Below, piece after piece: positions 12,573 through 24,183 of a stretch of DNA of 64,000 nt. The position numbers were made by a program, and so were the translations under genes. The stretch comes from Carcharhinus longimanus. Taxonomy: Eukaryota. The notes below the pieces were generated by a model. The model saw only the letters and a list, made by a program, of their open reading frames with translations. It was not told the DNA's origin and did no database searches. Location: NCBI GenBank assembly GCA_030264375.1, contig JASCQW010000081.1:66027400-66091399 (forward strand). The letters are read 5' to 3'. Position 1 is the stretch's first letter. The number at the start of each line of letters is the position of its first letter.

Positions 12573-14159
12573 ATCTGAATCACCTTTGGGATGTGGGTTC
12601 AGGTTCAGGACCGTCAATGATGTGAGAAAGTCCAATCCTGTGAAACATTTTGAGCCATTTTACTTGCTCTGTGTAGGGTGTGCACACAGCACAACACTGG
12701 AACTAAATTGACACGATGGTTGGAGTGAAAATTAGAGAGAGAAGTTAGAAGTATGGCAGAAAACGTTCACCTGAGATTGGGGCACAGCAGAATGGTTTTT
12801 ACACAATCCAACAAACTATAAGTGAATCTTTGTTACACATTTTGTTTGCCCCTATTGTTAAAGTTAACAAGTGCAGGCTATTTTCCCAAGTATGTGCTGC
12901 CACAAATCACAGGCGGCATGTTTACACTTCATGTATTACACAATGGTCCCAAGATTTCTCCCTTGTAGTGAGTAGTGTGTACTTGTAAAATTGACCCTGT
13001 GGTACAACAGAATAGTTTTATAAAATCAAATTGAATTGAATCCTTTTCTTCGAGAGAACAAAAGTAAGAGGGAAGATCAAATCTACAGCACGCTCAATAT
13101 GAGTCTTAAGATTAGAATTTTTACTGCCTACCTGGGGCATTTCAGTTTCTGACCTGAAACTGGCTTTATTTTGATGAGGAGGCCACATAGGCCCCGAGGA
13201 GAAACCAGCTCAAAGAATGGGAATGAGCATTAAAGTAACTCCACAGGCATTTTCTACATAACAACGCCAACTCGTAAACACAACGCTGTAAAACACAGAT
13301 ATGACTAGCCAGTATTTCAGCAGCACTGACTGTGTCTGACAAAGTTATCTGGATGGTGGTAAATTCCCGTCATCCAACTTTGGTGCCCTTGATGTCAATC
13401 CAGAGCTGGTTACACTCAAAGTAGACTTCTAACGTGTTCAAACGATCAGATATGACTTCACAATTATAGTTCCTTTGCCTTATCTAAAGTACATGCAAAT
13501 TCTCTGGCCCCTTACCAAGTCTTTCAGTATAGTGTTGGATCAGGGCAATACACCCCATGCCACATATGACTCTTTCATTACCTGCTCTCTTTATGTTGTG
13601 CTTGATTTTGTATCAATGTTCACAGATTGAAAACCAAGCAAATGCAGTGCCTGACATACCTCAATACTCATTTAACCCTCCTCTCAGGAAGGCAATGACA
13701 TGTTCAGAGAACAACTTGCATTCTTTGTCTTTCTTCACTTTACCCTCATAGCCATTTTCAATGCACAATGCAGGTGGGGAAATTTGACAGATCATCTTTC
13801 ATTTTGCAACATAGCAGGAGAACCTCAAGCTGCGTGTCAAATTCCGCTGTCTCGTGTTTGGGGTCCAGATCAGGTTCTTCTAGGGTTTGGCTATTTCCCT
13901 AAGAAAGCTACTGTATTTCACATAAAGCGTTATTATTTACTTACAGCTCTATGTAGCTCTCAGGTTGGACTTCTTCCCTCCAGATTGCTGTTATTTAGCA
14001 ATTGCATCATGGTTATATCAGCAGATGTTACATACTCCTAGTTTTATACTAGCTAAATATAGGGTTAGTCTCTGAGGTGCCTTGACAAATTTCCCTGATC
14101 TTGTTCTGATCAGTTTCTGAGGTTGAGGCCTATGTGGACTCTTTTCATTCGATATGAGT

Positions 14160-14184
14160 GTCTCTCTCTCTCTCTCTCTCTCTC
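14160..14184. repeat. (TC)n microsatellite
   Basis: Run of about 12 TC units. Confidence 0.95.
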
Positions 14185-14581
14185 CTGGGTGCTTGCAGAG
14201 CTTTGTATGGCTTCTTTTCCTTCATCTTCTTCCCGGTCTGAATAGCAAGCCCATGTTTCTGCTGGCTATCTTTCCAAGGATATCAAGGCTTTTTCATTTC
14301 TCTCCATATTTCCCTTTTTATCCATCTGAACTGTATAAGAATGTGGTAGTGGAAATCCTTCAATTTATTATACTTTCACTCTGTTGGTCTCATTTCCATA
14401 TTCTTTCCCCAGGCTGTAACAAATTTAAGTTCTGTGTTTTGTGTCTGGAATTGAAACTATGAGGCTGTTTGTTTCCCCAATGTTTCTCACACTCTTGAAT
14501 TCTCTCATGATCACCTGCACTAATATCAAATAGTAGCTTCTGCTGAATAGCTGAAAATTGCACTCTTAGTCACCTTCTCAT

Positions 14582-15340
14582 TGTTACAGATGGAGCGTGT
14601 GGGTGTCGAGGGAGTTAGGGTTTCCTCTCCCCAACCATCTGTAAACAAAAAGACTTTTGATTTTTTTCCATTTTAATAAGCGGTGGCGAATTTCCCAATT
14701 CCTCGGATTCTTGTGTGATCCAATTCCTATTAATAAGCCCACAAAAACTTGAGGTAGGATGAATTCAAAAGGCGAGTTTATTGCACATTTAAACATAGAA
14801 ACTAGAAGCAGGAGTAGGCCATTCGGCCCTTTGAGTCTGCTCCATCATTCATTTTGATCATGGCTGATCATCAAATATCCTGATCCCCTCCCTTCCCCTC
14901 ATATCCCTTGATCTCTTTAGCCTCTCGAGCTATATCTAATTTCTTCTCGAAATCAATGTTTTGGCCTCTATTACATTCCGTGATAGTGAATTCCACATAT
15001 TCACCTCCCTCTGGGTGAAGAAATTTCCCCTCTCCTCAGTTCTAAAAGATTTACCTGTTATCCTCAAACTATGACCCCTAGTTCTGGACTACACCACCAT
15101 TGGGAACATTCGTTCTGCATCTACCCTGTCTAACCCTGCTAGAATTTTCTATGAGGTCCCCTCTCACTCTTCTAAACTCCAGTGAATGTAATCCTAACTG
15201 ACTTTGTCTCTTCTCATATGACAGATCTGCCATTCCAGGAATCAGCTTGGTAAACCTTCATTGTATTCCCTCAATAGCAAGGACATCCTTTCTCAGATAA
15301 GGATATATTCAAAAAAATGTGGAAAGGAGGATCTGTAACA
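14582..15340 (-). mobile_element. 3' LTR of a Gypsy-type element, interrupted by a CR1 tail (about 14792-15303)
   Basis: Perfect 10-bp terminal inverted repeat TGTTACAGAT (14582-14591) / ATCTGTAACA (15331-15340). On the minus strand it is preceded by the purine tract GGAGGGGAA (15349-15341) and contains AATAAA at 14782-14777. Confidence 0.75.
14792..15303 (-). mobile_element. CR1 LINE 3' fragment nested in the LTR
   Basis: Reverse complement of the 7170-7690 type sequence, beginning with the tail AAACATAGAAACTAGAAGCAGGAGTAGGCCATTCGGCCC. Confidence 0.88.
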
Positions 15341-16539
15341 TTCCCCTCCATGCAAATGCAGTAAATAGAGGGAGAGCAAAAAGACGGTTTTATAGTACAG
15401 AAACCACAGAGAAAATAAATATTGGTTCATGTGAGTTCCAGAATCAAAGACCCATGAGGAATTCCTTCGCAGAGGTTAATGGCTGAAAACTGATGGTGTA
15501 ACATTCATTTTCCAGTGGTGTTGACATCCTTTCTGGCAATATTCCATCACTTGGATACATTCGGCATCTTGCTGCTGTGTTAGTTTAATGTTTTGTAACC
15601 TCTTTTCAATAGCCAATAAGTGTTTGTTAATAAGTGAAGCATATGTTTTCACTTTCTCATTGAAATTCAAAGCTTCCATATTGATTGCTTCACTGATATT
15701 CTTGGTTATGCACCTGTTGTCATCTGGTGCTTCCCTTGGACGTACTCAGTTACTGAATCATATCTCAGTTAGTCTCAGTCTGAATTGTTGAATCCTAGGC
15801 AGCATCTTTGCAATCTCCTTTAGGTTAAGAAGAGTAACCAAAGGCTTGTGGTCAGTTCAAATATAAACCATATAATATGACAACTTCTTGCATGCCTCTA
15901 TTGCTGCAGTGCTTCATTCTCCATTGTTGCATACCTTTTCTCTGTGTGTGAGTGAACTTGAGGTGCAAAAAACTGATCTATCTCTACCATCTTTTGAACT
16001 TGAAACAACACTGACTCAGATCTATAGACAATACATCACTGCTACAGTTGTTGGCAGTTCAGGGTCATAGCACAGTGGAATTTTCAAGTAAAATTTGAAG
16101 ATTTTTGGTTTTGTGAAGAGCCTTTTTCTGGTCTATATTCCAGCACCACTGTAGGCTTTGACTCAACTGGTGCCCCAATAACTCATTGACTCCTGCCAAA
16201 TTTGATAGGAACCTACAAACTTGATGACCATCTCAAGGAATCTTTGCAGCTCTGTAACATTCTTGGGTTGTGGGAAAGCTATTCATCTTAGCTTTCTATG
16301 GATTGGTTGTTATTCCTGAAGCTTGCACTATGTGCCCCAAGAATTTAATCACTGACTTTGCAAATTCACATTTTTTGTTCAACGTCAAATCCATTTCCTG
16401 TGGAACTTTTAAGGACTGCTCTTACTCTGTGGTCATGTTCTTCCTTCAAGGATCTGTGTGCGACTGTATGGTTCATATGGCACATTACTCCTTTCCTGTC
16501 TTCCAGCTTGTGAGACATTGTTCTCCAAAGTATTTCTGG

Positions 16540-17118
16540 AGCAAAAGCAATTCTACCTTAGGAAGAGAATTCCAGACTTTGATCCAGCAATAGTGAAGGA
16601 ACAACAATACAGTGACTTTGAGGGGAACTTGCAGATGATGGTGTTCCAATGTATCTGCTGTCTCTGTCCTTCTAGATGAAAGAAGTTGCAGGTTTGGAAG
16701 GTGCTGTCAAAAGAGCCAATTGCTGTGTTGCTTCTTGTAGATGGTACATACTTTTGCCACTGTGCGTCGGTGATGATGGGAATGAATGTTGATAATGATG
16801 GGTTGGTGCCAATCAAGTGGGCTGTTTTGTCCTGGATGTCTTTAGCTCCTTGAGCTTTGTTGGAACTGCACTCATCCAGACAAGTGGAGAGTATTTCATT
16901 ACATTTCTGACGTGGTGGGCAGGTTTTGGAGAGTCAGGAGATGAGTTATTTGCAGCGGAATGCCCAGTCTCTGACCTGCTCTTACAGCTACAATATTTAC
17001 ATGGCTGATCATGTTTAGTTTCTGGTCAATGGTAACCCCCAAATTATTGATAGTGGGAGATTCAGTGTCGGTAATGCCATTGAATGTCAAAGGGACTTGG
17101 TGAGATTATCTCTTGCTG
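16540..17118 (-). mobile_element. LINE family B fragment nested in the Gypsy RT
   Basis: ORF 16899-17090 (TFNGITDTESPTINNLGVTIDQKLN...RAGQRLGI) is the reverse-complement homolog of 4240-4800. Confidence 0.85.
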
Positions 17119-17869
17119 TTTTGTTGAGTCACATCCACAGAGATTCTAATTGAGCCATTAGGCATCGGGATTGTGACTATTCCATGGTCATTGGAGAAAT
17201 AACCTTCTGCTGTAACATGTGATGAATTTCACTCTTGGCTTTGCCCAGGAATATGTGAAAGACTTCCCTCAATGTGAAGAGGCCAACTGGTTTAGCATCA
17301 GCTCTTAGGGTTTCATGAGCTTCAGTCTTTAGCTTTCCAAAGCTTGTAAATATGTTAGAAATCCATTACTGAATGCCTTAGTGTGCCAAACATCAGGAAC
17401 TTCATCAACTTTGTAAACCAAAATTTGGTTGTAAGCATGGCTCCCTTTGTAACAATGATTTAATTTTACCAGGTGTTTGTCTTATGACTTTCTGCATAGT
17501 CCAATCTAGACCTTGTATTTGGATAGACAATGGTTGTAGTGTAATGGGCTTAAGCCACTTTACTTCATCAGATAAGACTGAAACACCTGTACCTGTATCT
17601 AATTTAAACTCCAAGGAGTTTCCATCCACGTCTAGATTAATGCTCGAGTAATTATTTTCTGTTTCTTTCACCTTACATAGGAAAGTTGGCTTTTTCTGTG
17701 GTTCTTCCACTTCTGATACATTATCTGGTTTGACCTTGTTATTCTCTCTTCCTTTTTGTAGGCTGTTTATGTTTTAGGTGAGCAATTTTAAAGTGTCCTA
17801 ATTTCCCACAGCTGTGGCACTATGCTGTCCTCTGTTGGGCATTCTTTCCACTATTTAGGTTTTCTCTGT

Positions 17870-18112
17870 CATAAGAACATAAGAACATAAGAAATAGGAG
17901 CAGGAGTAGGCCATCTGGCCCTTCGAGCCTGCCCCGCCATTCANNNNNNNNNNNNNNNNNNNNNNNNNNNNNNNNNNNNNNNNNNNNNNNNNNNNNNNNN
18001 NNNNNNNNNNNNNNNNNNNNNNNNNNNNNNNNNNNNNNNNNNNACCTGCTGCACCTGCAAGCTGGGTTTTTGCGACTCATGCACAAGGACCCCAAGGTCC
18101 CTCTGCACCGTC
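17870..18112 (-). mobile_element. Young CR1 LINE nested in the Gypsy gag, spanning an assembly gap
   Basis: (CATAAGAA)n tail plus GCAGGAGTAGGCCATCTGGCCC, nearly identical to the reverse of 63581-63648. CR1-like sequence continues after the gap. Confidence 0.85.
17944..18043. other. Assembly gap (100 N). Other gaps: 21918-22017, 40928-41060, 62567-62666, 63471-63570
   Basis: Runs of N. Four are exactly 100 long, which suggests placeholders of unknown size. Confidence 1.
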
Positions 18113-19716
18113 GCCTGCTGTCACATCACAAATGTTTGAAGATGGGATTGGACCTCCTCACCTGGATTTCACAGGGTTCCAATTCACTGCACTTTCTCTT
18201 CTGTGGTCAGCATATTGAATGGCCTCACTCATTCATTTCAAAGGGACATCACTTTCGCTACAAAAAACTGATTTATTTTCTTTTACAAGATTGGCCTTTG
18301 TGTAATTTTTACTGCCTTAATTATATTAGATTGTTTACAAAAGATTGAATAGAACTTTATTTAGGAACCCCTCCTCCCCCTTATGTGATCACAAATCAAT
18401 TCTTCCTCCAATATCTCACAGTCATGATTTTCTGCTAGCTTATGTAGGTCATTGATAAATGATTTCATGCATTCACTGGGATTTTTTCTTATTGAATTTT
18501 GCTTACTCAACAATTAAACTTTTTTAAATGTTGAAACACAAGTTGAATGTCTGGGGGAATCTTCAGCAATTTCATGTGTGGTTAGTAGATCATTCACAAT
18601 AGGTCCAACTACATACAGTAAAGCCCTGACCAGATTCTTTTATTCCATCCTGTGCAAACCACAAGTGGTTCTATACTGAGAAAACCTCTTTCTCCAGTTA
18701 TATTAGCTGAGCTCTCTGCTTTGGAGGAGTAGCAATGTATACTCTACGCTTGTACTAAACTCTACACTTGTTGCTGTTTCATCAGTCTGGCATGTGAATT
18801 CTGGTCTGTGCTAACTGCGATCTGGACTCTGGCTCTGTGTCAAAGCTCGTTTCTGCTACACCACAAAGGCTTCAAGCTTTTCAAATGGATCTTTAATCAA
18901 TTTTCTTTTATTCCTTTTTGCAAAGATCTGAAGGTTTGTCATGTCTATAGGTTTTTCTTGGAGTTTTTCTTGGGAGTCTTCTACTTGTTGTCTGCTGCCA
19001 CCAAGTTTTGTCTTGTTGTTCTAGATGGGTACTTTGGGATTGGCTGTTTCTTTAAGAAAGCTTTTAAAAGTGAGCAGTCTCTAACATGATCATGACATGG
19101 CTCTATTTTCTATAAGGGGCAAGGTGCATGCAACATTTCCTCTGGATGACAAAATGGTCGCATCTGAGAAGCATTTCTCAACTGTTCATCAATCAAAGTG
19201 AGTGGCCAAAATCTTTCAAGAATGTCCAACACTTCCTTGCAGGCATCGCGTAACATTTTAATTGATACTCTTTAAAGAATGTTATGATTTGCGAAGACTG
19301 CATTTGATCAATGGACAGGATAGTCTGAGCTCAGAGCAAATGCATGTTAATCATGCTGGGTAATTGTGTGGCCTATACTGAAATTTCTGGTCCAATGAAC
19401 GTGGAACTTCTCCACCTTCTAAAGAAGAAAACATGTTCAGCTAATGAACGCCAGAGTTATTAAGCTTTTCTAGGATAAGCATGAAAGTGCTTGGATTGAT
19501 AAAAGACGAGCTTTGAGTCTGAAGCTAAAACTGAGCTTTTGATCAGTTTGCCAGATGTCATGAATTTCTACATCAGAAAGTTGGGATCTTGTGACCCCAG
19601 GCGACATTATGAATTGATTTTGCCTTTCATGTATGGTAAATGAAGAAGACTTTGACAAATAAACTGAAGGCACCCCTGAGGTGCAGAGCAGTGGGAAGTG
19701 AGCTCAGCAAAGAGGG

Positions 19717-20322
19717 CTGAGCCCTGCAGATATTCCAGCGAACTTGACAGATCCTTGCAGATTTTCCAGTGAACTTGACTGATCCCTGCAGATATTCCAG
19801 TGAATTTGACTGATCCCTGCATATATTCCAGTGAATTTGACTGATCCCTGCATATGTTCCAGTGAATTTAACCGATCCATACAGATATTCCAGCAAACTT
19901 GACTGACCTTTGCAGATTTTCCAGTGAATTTGACTGATCTCTGCAGATACTTCAGCGAACTTGACTGATCCCTGCAGATATTCCAATGAATTTAACTGAT
20001 CCCTGCAGATATTCCAGTGAATTTGACTGATCCCTGCAGATATTCCAGTGAATTTAACTGATCCCTGCAATATATTCCAGTGAGCTTGATTGATCTCTGC
20101 TGATATGCCGGTGAACTTGACTGATTGCTGTGGATATTCCAGTGAACTTGACTGATCCCTGCGGATATGCCAGTGACATTGACCGATTCTGCAGATATGC
20201 TGGAAACCTTGAGTGATCCCTGCAGATATGCCTGCGAACTTGACTGAGCCCTGCAGATACTCTAGTGAATTTGACTTCCGACAGATATTCCAGTGAACCT
20301 GACTGATCCCGGAAGATGTTCC
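19717..20322. repeat. 31-bp minisatellite, about 19.5 copies
   Basis: Consensus CTGATCCCTGCAGATATTCCAGTGAA(T/C)TTGA repeats head-to-tail at a 31-nt period (19779, 19810, 19841, ...), more diverged at the right end. Confidence 0.97.
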
Positions 20323-21676
20323 CTGTCGATATCACAATTGATGACACTTTAATCATTCAACTTGAGCGAGGCGATGAGGCGAGTTGAAATGGAATTATGT
20401 AATGAAATTCATGAGGATTGTAAGAATCATAGAATGGTCACAGGACAGGAGGCGGCCATTTGGCCCTTTGTGTCCACGCTAACCTTCTGCAACAGCAATT
20501 CTGTCAGTCCCCATATTTTCTCTCCAGATAATTATCCAATTCTGTTTTGAAAGCTCTCAGGCAGTGTATTCCCAAGGCTAACAAGAACTTTGAGAGTTAC
20601 GCTTTGCTCCTAATCCTCTAATACCAACTTAAGATATGCTTTGATGTTTAATGGTATACAAAGTGCTCATCAAGATATTTGTCTCAAAAATGCTGGCAGA
20701 AACTGAAGTATGAAATATTCAATTGCTTCCTCTTGTGCTTGAATTATAAATGCCTTGTAAACTGTCTGAAAGTGTTTGCAAATATTTGTGGGGATAATTC
20801 CTCTATAATTATACTGTATATAACATTGCAATGTTCTCTGATGTGGTTCGATATTGCATAAAATGCTTAACCAACCACTTATTTGACTCAAAAATGTTGG
20901 CCAACCTGGCAAAAATAGAAGTATTGGATTTCTTTTTCTTCATTCCTGAGATTGTAAATGACTTTGAAACATTCCCAAACTGTTGACAAGTGCTTATGTG
21001 GATAATTCTTCTAATGTTACTATTCAGGCCTGTCTGATAGAATATAAATTCAGACAGAATTGACTGTAAATATCTGCAGTTCTCATGTTATTAAGGAATG
21101 TTAGGAAACACAAAAACGCAAAGTTCCATTCAATGTTTACAGAGAATCTGTTTTCAAAGAGAAATTGATCTCAAGCTGGCTGAGAAAAAAATAACAAGGG
21201 TTTGTGGCATTGACCTCTTGTGAAATGAGCCACAAAAGGTCATGTTTGGGTTGCCACAATTCCCCAGCGCTCAATGCTTAGAATCAGCACGTTGGCAAAC
21301 AAACTTGGTGCCAGGTCACTGCAAGACCATGACTTAAAACACAACCACAAACAGCATGAGGGATAATAACGTGTCATGGCCCAGAGCAAAACCTCAACCT
21401 ACAACTCAGACTTCTAAAGCAACTATAGCGCAACGGTATGTTTCTTTGCCTCACGGTTAAATGGTTTTTTTATGGGTTCATTCAAAGCAGTAATGTGACA
21501 TATCACCAAAGGAATGCAGGAGTGTTGAGAAGAGCATTCCTTCTATTGTCAATAATTTTAATAAAGCAACAGCTTTTTAAAGTATTGATGAATAACCAGC
21601 TGAGTCATTATAAATTTTTGTAGTTTCGACACAATCTGAATCATATTTAGCATTTTATATATGTAATACATACATT

Positions 21677-22045
21677 GGGGTGGCACAGTCTCTCAGCTTC
21701 AGGATTTGATTCCTGGCTTGGATCACTGTCTGTGAGGAGTCTGCACGTTCTCCTCATGTCTGCGTCGGTTTCCTGCCACAGTCTGAAAGATGTGCTGGTT
21801 AGGTGCATTGGCACTACCTCAGTGTACCGGACAGAAGCCGGAGTGTGGTGATTAGGGGATTTTCACAGTAACTTCATTGCAGTGTTAATGTAAGCCTACT
21901 TGTGACACTAATAAATANNNNNNNNNNNNNNNNNNNNNNNNNNNNNNNNNNNNNNNNNNNNNNNNNNNNNNNNNNNNNNNNNNNNNNNNNNNNNNNNNNN
22001 NNNNNNNNNNNNNNNNNGCCTACTTGTGACACTAATAAATAAACT
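21677..22045 (+). mobile_element. V-SINE family C copy spanning an assembly gap
   Basis: Same head, V-domain and tail as 12270-12572, followed by a short (AAATAAACTACTT)n run. Confidence 0.82.
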
Positions 22046-23469
22046 ACTTAAATAAACTACTTAAATAAACTCAGTTTTGAAAGATTCATGCCCAATGCAA
22101 TAAAGCTATTGCTAAAGCAGAGTTCTGGGTTGGCTTCAGCAGAGGAAAAGAGTATCATTTTGTCCCGGTAAGGGTGTGGTTAGGTTTCAATAGGGTTCTG
22201 TGTCCCACATGGCGGGGATATTGAGGCATTGGAAAGGATGCAGGGAAGGACAAAATGATTAAAACATCACAGTTATCCAGGTAGGTGTGTGTATTAAGCA
22301 GAGCAGTGTAGGCTCGGGAGTGATCTAATCAAGAGACTCAATTGTATTTCCATTGGCTTATTATTTCAAGTGCATTAGATAGAGAGGACCAATATCATTC
22401 TTACAAGTTATATCAGGGCACACTGCTGGGCTGGATATTAGGCAAATCTGTCTTTCCAGAGAACATTGCACCTGTAGACCAGGTTTGCCGTTTATGTGGT
22501 GAAGATGGATTTTCTGAATCTCTTCGAGAGAAAGAGAGCTGAGCCTCTCCTGGTTAGGATGGAAATCTATTCACAAAGCCGTGAATAACTGTACCTGTCT
22601 GTTTGATAATACATAAAGGATCATCTTTAGATGGGCCAGTTGGTCTGTCATCTTTGTAACCATATTTTGTAACAGATTAGATTATAGCAAACATTGTGAA
22701 ATTATCTTCATTCAATGTACTATCAAAAAAGGTTAAAAATATAAAGCTCAATTGGCAGTATATTATAGAACCTTTAATTGGCACCAAAAGTAATGTTTAT
22801 TTGACAATTACATTATTTCAGCAATGTTTGTAAAACAATTCAAAATGGCATTTCCCATTTTTTTTCTGAAATTCTTCAATAAATCACCAATATTGAACAC
22901 AAGTACTGGATCTTCTACATGTGGGTATCTGCACACGTGCGCATGTGTTTGGAGTGAGGACAATGTTGCAGGATAACAACGTTGAATTTGTAGGAAAACA
23001 GGAAGCACTTCATGTTCAATGAGCCCCTGGCACTCGCTAACTTCGCTCATGAAGGAGAGGGGTATGCAAGGATTCTTGCTGATTGCAAAAACATCTCAAC
23101 ATACTTCAAGCAGAGAAAGGATCATTTTTTAAAATATACACCATTTCAGCAATCATTTTTGGACTTAATCATGATGCAATTAAGAATAGTAAGGATTATG
23201 AGAAACCAAGTCCACAATATCATGGCTACCAAACCAGGCCAAAATTCCATTGATCTGCCTTGGCTCCTTAATCTCTTGACCTCTCAAAATAATTTGATTT
23301 GCATTGAAAGTTTCAATTTGGCAAGAATAAAGAGTCTTTTGGGGAAGAAAGTTCCCTTTTTTGATTAACGTTTGTATAAAGAAGTGCTTCCTGACTTACC
23401 TGGCCCTAATGGTAAGGTTATCCCCTAGTTATTACGGAAGTATATTATTTGGAATTTCTGTATCATAAA

Positions 23470-23745
23470 CCCAAGGTCGTCATTTTGGTAGCGTCTCTAA
23501 CTCCAGGTTCAAATCTCACTTCCAGACTTGACCACGTTCATAATGTGGCCAAACAGGTTGTCGATCAGCCTGTAAGTTCTTCTAAAATGTCTACAGCAAT
23601 CAGTAAGGGCAGGGGAATTCCCTGGTTAGTCAAACTGCAGAAGGCAGCAGCAAACCACTGCACTACTTTGCCAAGCATTATCATAGACCAGTCCAATCGA
23701 AGGTCCATGGTTGCCATTTTAAAGCACGGTAGCTAAAGGAGGAGC
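23470..23745 (+). mobile_element. Probable tRNA-headed SINE with an RTE-derived (Bov-A-like) 3' part
   Basis: B-box-like GGTTCAAATC at about 23506. GAAGGCAGCAGCAAACCACTGCACTACTTTGCC...CATAGAC...GTCCATGGTTGCC (23640-23715) resembles the bipartite RTE module, compared from memory. Confidence 0.5.
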
Positions 23746-24016
23746 CTCATGAACCAGCAGAAACTAGCTGCTAAATCTTTCAACATTCCCACACTCAATG
23801 GAAATAACTTGCAAGAAATATATATTTTGGCCTAGAACAAGCCCAGGTATAATGTTTGTTCTTGTTAGCTTGGATCTTGTATGCCCCTTTTGAGGGGATC
23901 CTGAACTGGATTCAATCTGAATTTGAATTGACTTTTGAAGCAAGCAAGGAGATGGATTATGGACTTGCCATATCCACTCTGTACATTGGCTTCGTAACAT
24001 TGAGAAAGGAAACGTA

Positions 24017-24183
24017 GAAATAAAAACAGAAAATGCTGCAAAGAACTCAGCAAGTCTGGCAGCATCTGTGGAGAGAGAGGGTAATGCTGCGAGTCCGTAT
24101 GACTCAACAGGTGTGAAATGTTAACGCTCTCCACAGATGCTGCCAGTCCTGTTGAGTTTTTCCAGCATTTTCTGTTCTTAATT
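24017..24183. repeat. Short palindromic interspersed element (possibly Penelope-derived)
   Basis: Inverted arms of about 50 bp with a perfect 20-bp core, CTGGCAGCATCTGTGGAGAG (24056-24075) / CTCTCCACAGATGCTGCCAG (24127-24146). Related copies lie at 59388-59590, 58260-58390 and 25125-25200. Confidence 0.85.

Larger units (their letters stand above)
15341..19003 (-). mobile_element. Decayed Ty3/Gypsy-type LTR retrotransposon internal region (gag-PR-RT-RNase H)
   Basis: Minus-strand remnants in order: gag WRKRFSQYRTTCGL...LLYVVG (about 18700-18600), zinc knuckle CHSCGKLGHF (about 17820-17790), protease FKLDTGTGVSV (about 17610-17580), RT KCEFAKSVIKFLGHIV and VTELQRFL (about 16375-16230), and RNase H YDPELPT (about 16070). 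A PBS-like TGGTGGCAGCA lies at 19003-18993. There are many stops and frameshifts. Confidence 0.85.

Noticed and set aside
19717-20322. CRISPR array
   Set aside because: Units are contiguous with no unique spacers, there are no cas genes, and the context is eukaryotic.
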